18,136 nt of DNA from Deltaproteobacteria bacterium (GTDB lineage: Bacteria; Myxococcota_A; UBA9160; SMWR01). How positions within the stretch are numbered: position 1 is the first letter of the stretch; every line of letters begins with the position of its first letter. The translations under genes and the position numbers were made by a program. Location of the stretch: positions 1 through 18,136 of the forward strand of contig JAQBGU010000194.1 in assembly GCA_032128375.1 (NCBI GenBank), read 5' to 3'. Of this stretch, positions 17,805-18,136 are shown one piece after another. The notes beneath the pieces are model-generated. The model ran no database searches and was not told where the DNA came from. It saw only the letters and a list, made by a program, of their open reading frames with translations.

Positions 17805-17868
17805 GCCCCAATGAAAACCCATCTGGGACCCGCTTCTAACGCCTGGCCCCGGAGTTGCCGCAAAACCC

Positions 17869-17899
17869 TTGACGAGCCGAGCCGCGCTCGCTTTAGTCT
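17869..17899 (+). promoter_or_regulatory. Candidate sigma70 promoter for tRNA-Gly
   Basis: TTGACG at 17869-17874, then TTTAGT (17 bp spacer) or TAGTCT (19 bp spacer), just upstream of the tRNA. Confidence 0.45.
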
Positions 17900-17911
17900 A
17901 GAGCCTTCTCA

Positions 17912-17987
17912 GCACGAGTAGCTCAGTTGGTAGAGCGCCACGTTGCCAACGTGGGGGTCGCCAGTTCGAACCTGGTCTCGTGCTCCA
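17912..17987 (+). tRNA. tRNA-Gly (anticodon GCC)
   Basis: 76 nt cloverleaf. Acceptor GCACGAG/CTCGTGC, D-arm GCTC-AGTTGGTA-GAGC, anticodon stem CCACG/CGTGG with loop TT-GCC-AA, T-arm GCCAG-TTCGAAC-CTGGT, U73 discriminator and encoded CCA. Confidence 0.97.
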
Positions 17988-17995
17988 GATTCCTT

Positions 17996-18029
17996 AACCC
18001 CGTCAAGCACTTAGCTTGGCGGGGTTTTT
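17996..18029 (+). terminator. Rho-independent terminator after tRNA-Gly
   Basis: Stem aaccccgtcaagc / gcttggcggggtt (13 bp, one G-U pair), loop actta, ending in a T5 run. Confidence 0.8.
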
Positions 18030-18136
18030 GGTTGCTACGGGACATGTGTCATGTTCAGGGAGGGTTCAGGTAGCGACCGAGCGCTGTTCACCCAACCGTA
18101 CGTCGAATTCAGACGTGCGATCTCTTTCGCGTCGGG

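Overview
This is a GC-rich bacterial chromosomal window made up mostly of housekeeping genes. A TIGR02266-like PilZ/DUF4388 protein suggests a Myxococcota-like host (inference). Gene order: ABC-transporter ATPase (-, runs off the left edge); GST-family protein (+); purC (-), divergent from purQ-purL-purF (+, no purS); a GlnA4/PuuA-like glutamine-synthetase-family ligase, a PilZ-PilZ-DUF4388 protein and an SDR (+); a TPR/DxDxDG-repeat lipoprotein and nadB (-); then a DUF4124-SLT lytic transglycosylase, pgsA, a UDP-sugar 6-dehydrogenase and tRNA-Gly(GCC) with a terminator (+). The most unusual observations are: (i) four separate intergenic tandem arrays with a 13-14 bp period; (ii) an out-of-frame ATG plus a G-GGA-AAA slippery heptamer at the 5' end of purC; (iii) a reduced glnA4-SDR gamma-glutamylation module appended to the pur operon, with a c-di-GMP receptor between its two genes; (iv) possible att-like repeats after tRNA-Gly. 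No CRISPR array, transposase or integrase was seen. All protein family assignments come from motif recognition, not database searches.
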